Shown in pieces: positions 35,839 through 49,109 of a stretch of DNA of 64,000 nucleotides. The notes beneath the pieces were generated by a model, which was given only the letters and a program-made list of their open reading frames with translations, ran no database searches and had not been told where the DNA came from. Source of the stretch: Mobula hypostoma (taxonomy: Eukaryota); contig NC_086108.1 of assembly GCF_963921235.1 (NCBI RefSeq), positions 73,472,001 through 73,536,000 on the forward strand, given 5' to 3'. Positions within the stretch are counted from its first letter, which is position 1; every line of letters begins with the position of its first letter. The translations under genes were made by a program, and so were the position numbers.

Positions 35839-37835
35839 AATTAAGTAATTAGCAACAAATCTACCCAGTGACAAAAAAAATACTCAGAACCTCTTAAAAT
35901 AGTAACCCGCCTTTTAAACCACATAGGGACTAAAATTCTGAAAATAAATTGTTTCTTAAGGAATTACCACTGAAGTCAATTCATCTGTGTTAAATTCTCC
36001 TAACATTCATTTCTAACTTTAGGCTAGTCATTAACAATCACTACTGCAGTTACAAAATTGCTTTTCTGTGGCATATGGAGATGCTGACTTGAAACAAAAT
36101 GTTAACCCATTCCTGTTCTATTGTAATTGGTGGCTGAAATCCCTCACGGTCTAAGAAATACTTAGCCATCTACAAAAAGACAGAAGAGGTCAGATCTGTG
36201 ACCAAATTGTAAAGACTTAAACTGGGAAGTATTTTTCTTGTCATATGTTTTGACCAAACAGAGATATCCTTAGGTTATAGTGGACTAAATGTAGAAATTT
36301 CTAATAGGCACCTCAGTATGTTTAGAACTGCTCTAAAAATGGATAAGGAAAATTCAAGCTTTATACTAAGCAGTGAAATTAGGCCTTAGTAACAATTAGT
36401 GAGCAAATTATAAAATAATTGCCTTTAAGAAGAGGAGTGGAGAGGAAAACTGGTCTGCTTACTAAAGAGGCCCTGTATAGCCAAGTGAAACTGTGTCTGG
36501 TAATTGTAAAGTCTCAATGCTTCTAGACCTCTCTCAGTATGAGTCCTACTATTAATACAAAGTATGCATATGAATTGTATAATGGGCATTTTTAATAACA
36601 AACTCTTTTCAAATTGGAGCCCAGACAATAATTTTCCCAATGACCTATTCCAAGTGAAAGGTGCAGTAGAGGTCAATGCAACTACAATAAGTGCTCATAA
36701 ATGTAAAATGCACTACTTTACTTTGATCATCACTTAACCAGAGCAAGAATCTACCAGGACGGAGCCATTGTAGGCATTGCTTTAGTGCCTCATCTTTAAT
36801 TGTAGTTAGATCAAAAAGAATCAGATTGTTAAAACAGTTTGTACTTGCAGATCTAGCTGAAGGTCGAATGCTGGCACGAAAATAGTTTACTTTGAATAGA
36901 GATACAAGGTTGGTGCTTATTCTTGTCAACAGTTTTACTGTTGCTTTGAGCATAGACAGAGGTATGTACTTACCAGATGGAATAACAAATGACCAAGGCG
37001 GGCAGCACAGCAGCCAATCTGCAAATTTTGATCATTAGTCATCTGCAACTTGAAACTTCAATAGTTGAAAAGCTGTTTTTGTTTCAGACATCGCTGCTGC
37101 ATACCTACAACTAACCCCATGTGAAGACGATTTATCATGAAGCAATAGTTAGAAAGCTTGGCCAAGATGCCAATTTTTAGCAAAGCAAGAAATACAGTTT
37201 CAAGCTCAAAATGTCTTTGCCAAACCACAAAACTCGTGAAAGTGACAATCAGTCTTAGGAGCTTCACAAGACATAATAACTCACAGAGAAGTGCAAAAGG
37301 CAAAAACAAGATTGAGATGACTGTTTTCACACAAAGTACAAACATCTAACAACTTTTTTTCTAAGTTTATTATAAACTATATTCGGAGAGTTCACTCAGA
37401 TTTAGTTTGCTTTGGCAAATCTTCCTGAGCAGCTGACCAGTAAGCTTTGGCTGAACAGAGATCAAGGATTTTAGCACCTACGTACTGTCTAAAGAGGATT
37501 CTCAATGTGAGTTATTGCACTGATTTTATAAAATATCACAAATTAATCTTAATTATAATGTATAATAAAATTCTCTAAGACTAATAAAAAGGACAAGAGT
37601 GCACAATGGCAAATAACATTTCAACATACTTACTGAATGCTGAAACACAAACCCCCAGGAGTATCTCAAAAAAATGCCAATACAGTGGGTTTTCACACAA
37701 GACCATTCCAGGAATTGACCCAGGTCCCACCCGAAATAGTTTGACTTCACATTATTAATTGTAACTCTGCACCGCAGCATGTACTGCTCCCAGTTATAAG
37801 ATTGGGGCATAGGCAAATCCATTCTCCATGCACTG

Positions 37836-37930
37836 ACAACACACGCAGAATGCTGGAGGAACTCAGCAGGCCAGGCAGCATCTATGGAAAAGAGTACAGT
37901 TGGCATTTCAGGCCGAGACCCTTCAACCAG
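37836..37930 (-). mobile_element. Older Penelope-like pLTR fragment
   Basis: 'acacgcagaatgctggaggaactcagcaggccaggcagcatctatgg..tttcaggccgagacccttc'; hammerhead core degraded. Confidence 0.75.
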
Positions 37931-38140
37931 AATCACCTTATGTACAGACACTCCTGTGCCTAGAGTCACTTTATGGGCATACAACCAATGTTTCTTATTT
38001 ATTGTGCTTTTGATTATTATTGTGATCCTTATCTTACTTTGTGTTTCTTTTGTGCTGCATCAGATCCAGAGTAACAATTATTTCATCCTCTTTTACAGGT
38101 GTGTACCAGAAATGATATTAAACAATCTTGAATCTTGATG
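37931..38140 (+). mobile_element. Rex1-type LINE 3' UTR
   Basis: Ends 'aatgatattaaacaatcttgaatcttga', a short tandem tail typical of the family. Confidence 0.55.
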
Positions 38141-38219
38141 TCTATCTGCCCATCAAGCACAGTAGTGTATGTTTTCAGTAATCCTACCCTAATCTATTTA
38201 TGAGCTCCGCCACTCACAT

Positions 38220-38452
38220 TCTCCTCACATATGCCCCAAATTCTACCACTTATCTACACACCAGAGGTAATTAACAATGACTAATTAACCTACAAGTGCT
38301 CACATCTTAGGATGTGAGAGGTAATCAGAGGAAATACATGCAGTCACACGGAGAATGAGCAGACTACACATAGACAGTACCAGAGCCAGGATTGAACTCA
38401 CGTCACTGAAGATGTGAGGCAGCAACTCTAGCAGGCATACCACTGTGTCATC
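38220..38452 (-). mobile_element. Degenerate V-SINE (HE1-like) copy
   Basis: 'ggatgtgagaggtaatcagaggaaatacatgcagtcacacggagaatgagcagactacacatagacag..aggattgaactc'. Confidence 0.55.
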
Positions 38453-41400
38453 ACGTCCTGTAGCCAGGTTGGCATGGTAATTTGGGAAAAAGTTTCTGGA
38501 ACCTTCAGGTGAATGGATCATGATTGCTTTTCACCAATTATGGTGAAATTATAGCATTTGATCCTTCTCACTTCCTCAACAACCAACTGCTTTAATAGGA
38601 ACTGTTTATTTTCTAGTATACTAGAATATACGTTAAATTAATTTAATAAAGTTCTCCTAATAACCAACCTCAATATGCTTGGTGTTCACTCTCCTTTACA
38701 TTGCTTTGCATGTTAATCAGGGCAGGTAAGTTTGAGGTCACATTTAGGAGTATCTAATTGCAGTCATTGTTACTGGTTTTAGTTTGTGAATAACTCTCGT
38801 GTGAAGATTCTAATGGAATTCATTTAAGTTTATGAGAAGCACAAATCAAAATTTTTCACTGAAGCAAGAATAGGAAAACATTGTCACTGTAGTTCTGATA
38901 TCTGCTATAATAGCTATTCAGATAAGTGTATCAGCCATCAAAGCTGCTTTTGCATTTCCTATAAATGAATGCAACCCACAACGAAAGGTGGGTTACCATT
39001 TGGAAAATCCTCCATATTTTTACTCATTCACAGAATGAAAAGATAAAAAAAGATTTGTGTCAATTGTTGAAAGGAACTTAAGACCATGGTGTCCCAGGGC
39101 AGCTCATTTGCATGCATGTTAAAATAGTCATTGGCTTGAATCCTGCAGAGAGTGAATGCAAGTCACCGCCGTACATCAAAGTCTGTAGAAATTACAGCAA
39201 AAGCATAGCGATAGGTCAGGCTGGGAAGAATGAAACAATCTCACTCATGTGATTCTCAGTGAACTTCAAGCGTGACTTATCAATCTTTCCCTCATGGTGC
39301 CCATGAAACTCTTGACCAAGCAGCCAAATAAGATAACAGAGCACAGCATTAATTTTCTCAAGGAAATTGAAATAATAAGGCATAAGCTCCTGAATCACTC
39401 TGCCAGCAAAGCTGGCAGGAACATAATTTGTGCCACTTGGGAGATGCTAGGTAGCCAGTTTCAAATCTCAGCACTTTCAACCAGCCTTACTGGGAATTTA
39501 ATGGTTTCATGTGAGCAAATATGATGACACTCATCAATTCCACAGCTGTCCTTTGTTAAATGTAAAAGTACTAAAAGGTTACAAAAGTCTATGAATAGTG
39601 GTGACTACATCAACTTCACTCCACCAAACCTGCCCACAAACCATATTTATGATTCCTCTGGTCCTCTCAAGGACAAACGTTGCAGATATTATTGCCTTAT
39701 TATAAAGTTTCTCCATGTTCACAATTATTATAATTGACTGGATAGGTTTGTAATTTAAACTTTACCCATTGATTTGACTTTTACCCAAGAGAGATCAGGA
39801 AGGACTGATTGCAAAATGAAGACATTGCTATTATTTCCAACTTATTGTAGAATCTCAGCAAAAATCACAGAAATCTTACCAGTTGAGGAAGCAGGAGCTC
39901 TTTCTGTTAAGGTGGATGATGGAATGTTCTGGAGAAGCTTGCATAACAACGTAGAGACTATCAACAGTGCCCTGGAGGGCAAGGAAGCCAGAAATCTTGT
40001 AAAAATGGATAGACCTATTTTACTGCTATATTGTTGTCAAAGGTGATGAATTCCTCAGCTCTTCAGTAAACTGTGCTGGTCCCATAATGAATGAATGCCC
40101 AAGATACAATCTAGTTGATATTAAATAGATTCTCCCATGGCTGCCTGAAATCATTCTGTTCCTAAGTGTTATTGTCACCTTCATTGCTACATACAAATTA
40201 TGTAGGCAGGTGACTATGGCTGGAGGGTCTTGTGCAGTATGTAGCTGTGGGTTTACTACTAGCTCTATAGTACAGCCTACAGTCCCTGTGTACATCATAT
40301 CCCAAAAATTCCCATTACACATATGCTGCTTGCATATTCAGTGGAGGGGATTAGGGTAGGTAGTTGCATCTAATTTTGATCAGCTTCTGTAGTCACTACT
40401 TGCCTCTCCTCCTCATTCTTCTTCATGATAAACTGAAAATCATTTGTTGATCTGACCCTGTTATCACTTAGGCAGGAGGATCATAAATAAATCATTCAAA
40501 AAAACATTATTTCAAGTTGTGGAAATTGCAATTCAATCTTTCCAGCTCTTCTGGCCCAGAAGCTCTTCATTTTCACTTGTCTCAGTGGATACTGGCAGTT
40601 GTTGCCTCTTATAAATCTCAGTCTATATTTTCCATAGTGTATTAGGATGGTAAATGTTAGGGCTCTTGCTCTCTACTATTACGTCAATCTTGAAAAATTA
40701 CCATTTAGACTCAACCTAATATCTTCTTCTGTGGCTTGGAATTAAACTTTATTGGACAAAACTTGTGTGAAATGCCTTGAGGCATATTATTATGTTAAAG
40801 GTACTTTGCAAATGCAGGTTGCTATTGCTGCATTGACAGTCGTCTTTTTGAAATATGTATTTGAGGTCTATTGAGACATAATGAGTGAACAGTGGTAACC
40901 TTTACAAAGTACAAGCAAAGCAGAGTATGGGTTTCAATGGCAGAGGATGGGTGGTAATAGCTCCGTCCCAGTGATCCTACCTGGAAAAACAACTTGTCAT
41001 TTATCCACCATGAATATGCAGAAAGTAGCAAACTAATTCACCTCCTTTGTTAATGTATTAGGCGTTTCCTTCTGCAACAGGCTGACCAAGTCAATACTGC
41101 ATCCTGGATAAATCTTCATTTTGCGAAATAGCTTGTTAATAAATCAGCCTCTCGATTTTTGAATTCCAACTTGTTTGATAATGCTGTGATGTCCTCTATT
41201 GTCATAGAACAATGTTATCCAAGAAATCCATTCAGTACAACCATTTAAAATTAAAGATAGGCCTCCTTTCTATCTTATTTTAGATTTTTGTTATGGTTTT
41301 TCTGTATAGTTTTCTTGTTACGGTTGTACCTCGATATAGCTATTCTTTTTCTATTTACTTGCTTATGGTCTTACCCAAGGTGATTAGTGAGCAGGCATTC

Positions 41401-42664
41401 ACTGCAGTCTCTTGTTAATGTAGCTATCACTCAAAGGGTTAAATATAGCCTGAATCAGGGAAATACAGCAGGATAAAGGGCTCCATCATTTCTAATGAAC
41501 ATGACACATAATAGGCAACGTCTTGGAAAGACTAGAATACTATGTTATGCCTCTGCTATTATGAACCTATTCTCCACAGCACTGAAAGATGCAGCTGCTC
41601 TTAGGTGCTATAATGAATTTGGGGCCACTTGGGTTTTCATACAGCTGATTACTTAATGAGGTTTACCTTTCCGAGCTTTTTTGCTGAGCTACTCGGGTCC
41701 CAAGGGTGCTTATGAATAAGTTATAGCCTGCTGTAATGCATACTCATTATAATATAGTAAAAGTTACACAGCGCTTAGCAACCACAAAGCCTCAATTTTT
41801 TTTTCTCCTGCTACTAATTTAATAATGCAGAGTAAAGCTCTCTTTAAGAGCTAGCATAAGCTGCTGTGGACACCAAAAGCTAATTATGTTGTTAGCAGAG
41901 CAGTTTTCGTGCTTTTGGTCAATTATTATCCTTTCTGTTCCCATTCTTCTCCATTGCTTGAGCACAGATCCATAGGTATCAGCAGCTTCTGATACCTCAC
42001 CTAAATGTGTACACCTCAATATGCACATCAGCAGACTGTTCTACTACAGGACTATCACAGCCAAATTTAGGCAATGCACACACGCTAGATTCAGACATCT
42101 CAAAAGTAGAGGCAGCCTAGTTCACGCTCTAAATGGGCACATGGGAACCTGTACCTAATGTGAAAGAGCTATCCCCCAAAAATAACTGGGCAATGTCTTG
42201 ACATACTCATACCATTCAAACAATACCTCAGTTCAAAACTAAGCATCCATAAAAACACTATGGGTTGGTATAGCAATAGAATTATGTCCCACTATAATCT
42301 GTACAGGTAGGACTTAATATAATCATCGCACCCTCATTACCAGCTAGGCTCCATAGATAGAAAAGAATGCGAGAACAACACCAAGTCCTCTTAAAAATAA
42401 CATATTATAGGTAAAGGCGGAGGTAAGTACTCTCTTAACACTTAAGACATTACTTCTAAACAAATAATGACCAATGCAGAGAAGACTACAGCCCAACACA
42501 GGTAAAGGTCAATTATCCCTCAACCAAAAGTTCAGGTCAAATCACTGCAGGTCTTCTATGGCCATTTCTGAATGGTTCTGGACAATTGAATGAATTGGAC
42601 AGGAATGAATCTTCACAACCATTTCCAATCAGAACCCAGTGCATACATGCAAAAGATGACTGAA

Positions 42665-43130
42665 ACATTATGACAATGAGTGATGAGATAGGTAGGGTTT
42701 GTTTTCCGTGGAGCAAAGGATGCCTAATGTGACCTGATGGAAGTGTATAAAATCATGAGGGAGATAAATAGAGTTGTGGATAGTAAAAGCCTTATTCCAA
42801 TGGTGAGACTGACAAAGACTAGAGGGCAAATGTTTAGAGTGAGACAAAGGATCGGGGGATATTTTTTTCACACAGAATTTGATTGGAGTCTTGAATGCAC
42901 TGCACAAATGGTGGTGGAGGTAAATACTGTCATAACATTTAAGATGTGTCTAAACAAATAGTTAATCAACAAACTCTCTGGATATTTGTTTGTTTAGACA
43001 TGTCTTAAATGTTACAAGAGTGTTTACCTCCGCCACCAACACAGGTAAGTAGGATTAGTGGAGATTGGTACAATAGGCAACATAGACATGTTGGGGCAAA
43101 GGGCCCATTTTTTGCTGTATGACTCAATGA
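42665..43130 (+). mobile_element. Old CR1 3' fragment containing a 50-bp inverted duplication
   Basis: MEVYKIMREINRVVDS..KTRGQMFRV; hairpin arms at 42909-42958 and 42989-43038. Confidence 0.75.
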
Positions 43131-43392
43131 TTAAGTTTTGTAGCCCATCTTTAACCAAATGTTTCAAGTGATGATCTACCATATCTTTGTAATAATGAGA
43201 AATGACAAACCATCTTTGTATTTGTTCAACTATTATTGTAATACAAAGCCATCAATGAGAATCCTTTTGCAATGCTATCAGGAAGGACCTGGGTATAAAA
43301 GGGGTGATGTTACCAAGCAGCAGAAGCCCCCTGCTCAGACCCATTCTCAGTCCACACAGACTGATGACCTACTGGGCACATTTCACACTAAA

Positions 43393-43611
43393 TTGTTGTT
43401 GAGTGTCATCGAGACATCGAGACAACTGGCAACCCTATGAGTAATGTAATTGTCCATAGGGTTTTTGAGGTAAGATATGGAAGTAGATTGCCAGGTCTTT
43501 CTTCCATACAGATACTGCTACTGCCCAGGGTAGGACCTGGCCGATTCGAACTCAGGACCGTCCGCCTCGAAGTCCAGTGCTGATGCCATTACACCACTAG
43601 CTGGCCCAACG
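43393..43611 (-). mobile_element. tRNA-derived SINE with RTE-like tail (CAA)n and 9-bp TSD
   Basis: Minus strand has A box TGGTGTAATGG and B box GAGTTCGAATC. TSD CACACTAAA at 43384-92 and 43612-20. Confidence 0.85.
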
Positions 43612-44104
43612 CACACTAAAAGTCAACAGCAGCAAGATGAGGCATTGTTCCTTAATAGCTCATTTGACGATTCTCCATACCTTTCACGATCAAAATCAAT
43701 TACCTGGAGATGATGGAAGCTTGACTTAGAAGGGCCAACGCTTGCACTGGGTGAAGTATATAAATAAATTTTAAAACCCATATTCAGGTAACAATGCTCA
43801 TTTTCAACCCAGTGTTGCAACTTGAGTTCTCCAAGGTCCAGGATCTTATGTTGAAGAACACACTGACGCTGGGTACAGTCACACAAAGGGCCACTGAGAA
43901 AGGTCTCTCCCACACTGTGCACTAATTAGATGGACTTTGAGTTAAAAACCTCAGGAAATATTTGCTCAATGGTTGCTTATAAATAATAACTGAAGATATG
44001 TTAAAATTAACTAATTTGAATGATGAGATCTGCTATGAAAATGTTGACTTGAATGGTCTGTACCGTGTAAATAAAATATATTTTGAAATTAAAGAGAAGT
44101 GCTT

Positions 44105-44690
44105 ACCCATTTTAATTCCACTTCCCATTCCCATTCTGATATGTCTATCTGTGGCCTCCTCCACTGTCGTGATGAGGCCACACTCAGGTTGGAGGAACAA
44201 CACCTTATTTCTGTTTGGGTAGCCTCCGATCTGTTGGCATGAACATCAATTTCTCAAACTTCCGGTAATGCCCCTCCCCCTCCTTCACCATTCCCCGTCC
44301 CCTTTTCTCTCTCTCACCTTATCTCCTTGCCTGCCCAACGCCTCCCTCTGGTGCTCCTCCCCCCCCCTTTTCTTTCTTTCACGGCCTTCTGTCCTCTTCC
44401 ATCAGACTCCCCCTCCTCCAGCCCTGTATCTCTTTCACCAATCAACTTCCCAGCTCTTTACCTCACCTCTCTCCCTCCCGATTTCACCTATCACCTTGTG
44501 TTTCTCCCTCCCTCACCCCATTTTTTAACTCTACCCCTCACCTTTTTTTCTCCAATCGTGCTGAAGGGTTTCAGCCTGAAAGGTCGACTGTACTCTTTTC
44601 CATTGATGCTGCCTGGCCTGCTGAGTTCTTCTAGCATTTTGTCTGTGTTGCTTGGATTTCCAGCTTCTGCAGATTTTCTCTTGTTCACTC
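44105..44690 (+). mobile_element. Penelope-like element 3' end (GIY-YIG C-terminus, pyrimidine-rich UTR, pLTR)
   Basis: HFNS..SHSHSDMSICGLLHCRDEATLRLEEQHL..LGSL..GMNINFSNFR*, then a degraded hammerhead at ~44557-44590 and the terminal extension. Confidence 0.85.
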
Positions 44691-44805
44691 ACTTGAAATG
44701 ATGCAACAATGACTGCTCCATTACTGCACTCCTATTCCATCCCTTTGGGTACTTCTTCAGGAAGGTAATTCATGTATCTCTGAAAATGGAAAGGATAGAA
44801 GAGTA

Positions 44806-44964
44806 ACACACATAAAAGTTGCTGGTGGACGCAGCAGGCCAGGCAGCATCTCTAGGAAGAGGTGCAGTCGACGTTTCAGGCCGAGACCCTTCGGCCACCA
44901 GCAACTTTTATGTGTGTTGCTTGAATTTCCAGCATCTGCAGAATTCCTGTTGTTTGCGTTTTTA
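44806..44964 (+). mobile_element. Fold-back Penelope-like element with perfect 16-bp TSD
   Basis: TSD AAAGGATAGAAGAGTA at 44790-44805 and 44965-44980. The inversion point lies inside the hammerhead core. Confidence 0.88.
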
Positions 44965-45013
44965 AAAGGATAGAAGAGTATAGTCATAATTAGTGAGAGA
45001 CAACCAAGGGACA

Positions 45014-47962
45014 ACCACTTTTCAACGTAATTGTATAACGGCTAACAGTATTGCAAAAGCGAGCCAGAAGGCTTTGTGTGTCAATGCAAGGAGCATTCGT
45101 AACAAGGTGGATGAATTAAAAGTGCAGATTGTTATTAATGAATATGATATAGTTGGGGTCACAGAGACATGGCTCCAGGGTGACCAGGGATGGGAGCTCA
45201 ACATTCAAGAATATTCAATATTCAGGAGGGATAGACATGAAAGAAAAGGAGGTGGGGTAGCATTGTTGGTTAGAAAGGAGATTAACGCAATAGAAAGGAA
45301 GGACATTAGTCGGGAGGATGTGGAATGGATATGGGTAGAGCTGCATAACACTAAGCGGCAGAAAGCGCTGGTGGGAGTTGTGTACAGGCCACGTAACAGT
45401 AGTAGTGAGGTTGGGGATGGTATTAAACAGGAAATTAGAAATGTGTGCAATAAAGGAACAGCAGTTATAATGGGTGACTTCAATCTACATATAGGTTGGG
45501 TGAACCAAATTGGTAAGTGTGCTGAGGAAGAGGATTTCTTGGAATGTATGCGGGATGGTTTTTTGAACCAACATGTCGAGGAACCAACTAGACAGCAGGT
45601 TATTCTAGACTGGGTATTGAGCAATGAGGAAGGGTTAATTAGCAATCTTGTAGTGAGAGGCCCCTTGGGTAAGAGTGACCATAATATGGTGGAATTCTTC
45701 ATTAAGATGGAGAGTGACATAGTTAATTCAGAAACAAAGGTTCTGAATTTAAAGGAGGGTAACTTTGAAGGTATGAGACGTGAATTAGCTAAGATAGACT
45801 GGCAAATGACACTTAAAGGGTTGACGGTGGATATGCAATGGCAAGCATTTAAAGATCACATGGATGAACTACAACAATTGTTCATCCCAGTTTGGCAAAA
45901 GAATAAATCAAGGAAGGTAGTGCACCCGTGGCTGACAAGGGAAATTAGGGATAGTATCAATTCCAAAGAAGAAGCATGCAAATTAGCCAGAAAAAGTGGC
46001 TCACCTGAGGACGGGGAGAAATTCAGAGTCCAGCAGAGGAGGACAAAGGGTTTAATTAAGAAGGGGAAAAAAGATTATGAGAGAAAACTGGCAGGGAACA
46101 TAAAAACTGACTGTAAAAGCTTTTATAGATATGTGAAAACAAAAAGATTGGTTAAGACAAATGTAGGTCCCCTACAGAGAGAAACAAGTGAATTGATTAT
46201 GGGGAGCAAGGACATGGCAGACCAATTGAATAACTACTTTGGTTCTGTCTTCACTAAGGAGGACATAAATAATTTTCCGGAAATAGTAGGGGAAAGAGGG
46301 TCCAGTGAGATGGAGGAACTGAGGGAAATACATGTTAGTAGGGAAGTGGTGTTAGGTAAATTGAAGGGATTAAAGGCAGATAAATCCCCAGGGCCAGATG
46401 GTCTGCATCCCAGAGTGCTTAAGGAAGTAGCCCAAGAAATAGTGGATGCATTAGTGATAATTTTTCAAAACTCTTTAGATTCTGGACTAGATCCTGAGGA
46501 TTGGAGGGTGGCTAATGTAACCCCACTTTTTAAAAAAGGAGGGAGAGAGAAACTGGGGAATTATAGACCGATTAGCCTGACATCAGTGGTGGGGAAAATG
46601 CTAGTATCAGTTATCAAAGATGTGATAACAGCACATTTGGAAAGCGGTGAAATCATCGGACAAAGTCAGCATGGATTTGTGAAAGGAAAATCATGTCTGA
46701 CGAATCTCATAGAATTTTTTGAGGGTGTAACTAGTAGAGTGGATAGGGGGGAAGCAGTGGATGTGGTATATTTGGATTTTCAAAAGGCTTTTGACAAGGT
46801 CCCACACAGGAGATTAGTGTGCAAACTTAAAGCACACAGTATTGGGGGTAAGGTATTGATGTGGATAGAGAATTGCTTGGCAGACAGGAAGCAAAGAGTG
46901 GGAATAAACGGGACCTTTTCAGAATGGCAGGCAGTGACTAGTGGGGTGCCGCAAGGCTTAGTGCTGGGACCCCAGTTATTTACAATATATATTAATGACT
47001 TAGATGAAGGAATTAAATGCAGCATCTCCAAGTTTGCGGATGACACGAAGCTGGGTGGCAGTGTTAGCTGTGAGGAGGATGGTAAGAGGATGCAGGGTGA
47101 CTTGGATAGGTTAGGTGAGTGGGCAAATTCATGGCAGATGCAATTTAATGTGGATAAATGTGAGGTTATCCACTTTGGTGGCAAGAACAGGAAAACAGAT
47201 TATTATCTGAATGGTGGCCAATTAGGAAAGGGGAGGTGCAACAAGACCTGGTGTCATTGTACACCAGTCATTGAAAGTGGGCATGCAGGTACAGCAGGCG
47301 GTGAAAAAGGCGAATGGTATGCTGGTATTCATAGAAAGAGGGTTCGAGTACAGGAGCAGGGAGGTATTACTACAGTTGTACAAGGCCTTGGTGAGACCAC
47401 ACCTGGAGTATTGTGTGCAGTTTTGGTCCCCTAATCTGAGGAAAGACATCCTTGCCATATAGGGAGTACAAAGAAGGTTCACCAGATTGATTCCTGGGAT
47501 GGCAGGACTTTCATATGATGAAAGACTGGATCGACTAGGCTTATACTCGTTGGAATTTAGAAGATTGAGGGGTGATCTTATTCAAACATATAAAATCCTA
47601 AAGGGATTGGACAGGCTAGATGCAGGAAGATTGTTCCTGATGTTGGGGAAGTCCAGAACGAGGGGTCACAGTTTGAGGATAAAGGGGAAGCCTTTTAGGA
47701 CCGAGATTAGGAAAAACTTCTTCACACAGAGAGTGGTGAATCTGTGGAATTCTCTGCCACAGGAAACAGTTGAGGCCAGTTCATTGGCTATATTTAAGAG
47801 GGAGTTAGATATGGCCCTTCTGGCTAAAGGGATCGGGGGTATGGGGGGAAGGCTGGTACAGGGTTCTGAGTTGGATGATCAGCCATGATCATACTGAATG
47901 GCAGTGCAGGCTCGAAGGGCCGAACGGCCTACTCCTGCACCTATTTTCTATGTTTGTATGTT
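45014..47962 (+). mobile_element. CR1 LINE, 5'-truncated at the start of ORF2; EN plus RT pseudogene
   Basis: 813-codon ORF 44993-47434 (CVNARS, TETW, GDFN, SDH, FADD), frameshifted near 47230; CR1 tail at ~47945-47962. Confidence 0.95.
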
Positions 47963-49109
47963 AAAACACTTGGATCTTAAAAAGTAGAAAGAATATCTGC
48001 CCCTTCTTTGATCTCTGGTGGCACAATGGCTGAGCCTATTATCTTTTAGATGGCTCACCATGCGGACACAGTAGGTAGTATTAGCAGGATACCTTCATCT
48101 ACAAGATTTATGGAAGGGAGCTAGTGACCATGTTGCAATGCTAGGGTATGTATGATATGTCCACAGATTAATGATAACTGTGTGAGGACAGCAATGCATC
48201 TGTTTATAGATAGGATTTGTTGCTATTTTCACTGACCTAAACCAGAAAGAAGAGGCTATTGTTTATTCCATTAGGTCATTATTTTTGGCATCAATCCCTT
48301 GGCCATCTCAAACTGATCCTAGTTTATTTCAGTCCTTGATAGCTTCCCTGGGCTCTTGAACATGCTGGAAATGTCTACTATTATCCACATGTTGATGGAA
48401 GAAGCTACACTCTCCCAGGTCTCTGCTGATGTCATTCCTGCCAGTGGCACCAAGTTGCACATTGACAATAAGCAGTCAAGATTCAGGACTCATCAAGGTA
48501 GGGTAGAAGTGGGAAGGACAGTTCTCTGACTGATGTGATACAAACCAGGATCACAATCTCAATGTAAGACCAAACTATAAATAACAAAAACCACACCATT
48601 GTTTATTGACCTCTGCTCCATCTTCAATATTATAATTACAAGATCTTGGCCAAGAAGAACAACAGATACAAATCAATGGATTCAAATAAATCACGGACCA
48701 GAGCCACTAAGGTGCTCTTATAGGTCGGTCAGATGATTCATAGCCAATAACTCTGGAATGCAACATTTGAACTGGTAAGGAATGAATATAGAAGCAGATG
48801 CTTCAATTGAAAAAGTTGCGATAACTCTCCAACCACCAGAGACCAACTATTGTGGATGTGGAGTACTCCATTGGCACATGGAAATCATACCAGGATCACA
48901 AGGAACACATGCCAGCATAGACTCTTTTTCGGAGTATTTCCTTTTCTACTATTTGACTGTTCATGGAGGCTCAGGAAATCTTAGTAGGTGTGCACACAGG
49001 TATTCGGTTGTGTAAATTCAAGTGCTTTTCCATAGAGAAAATAAAGGTACTTGTCAGTAATTACAGATTCTCTCTGAGCCTCTCTGGTTATTATCACTAA
49101 GGGGCAGAT

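Noticed and set aside
36425..37349. Cluster of 60-100 aa ORFs and splice-like motifs in unique DNA
   Set aside because: No recognisable domain or consistent exon structure; compatible with chance.
40231..40294. Small hairpin resembling a pre-miRNA
   Set aside because: The stem is short and GU-rich and matches no miRNA I recognise.
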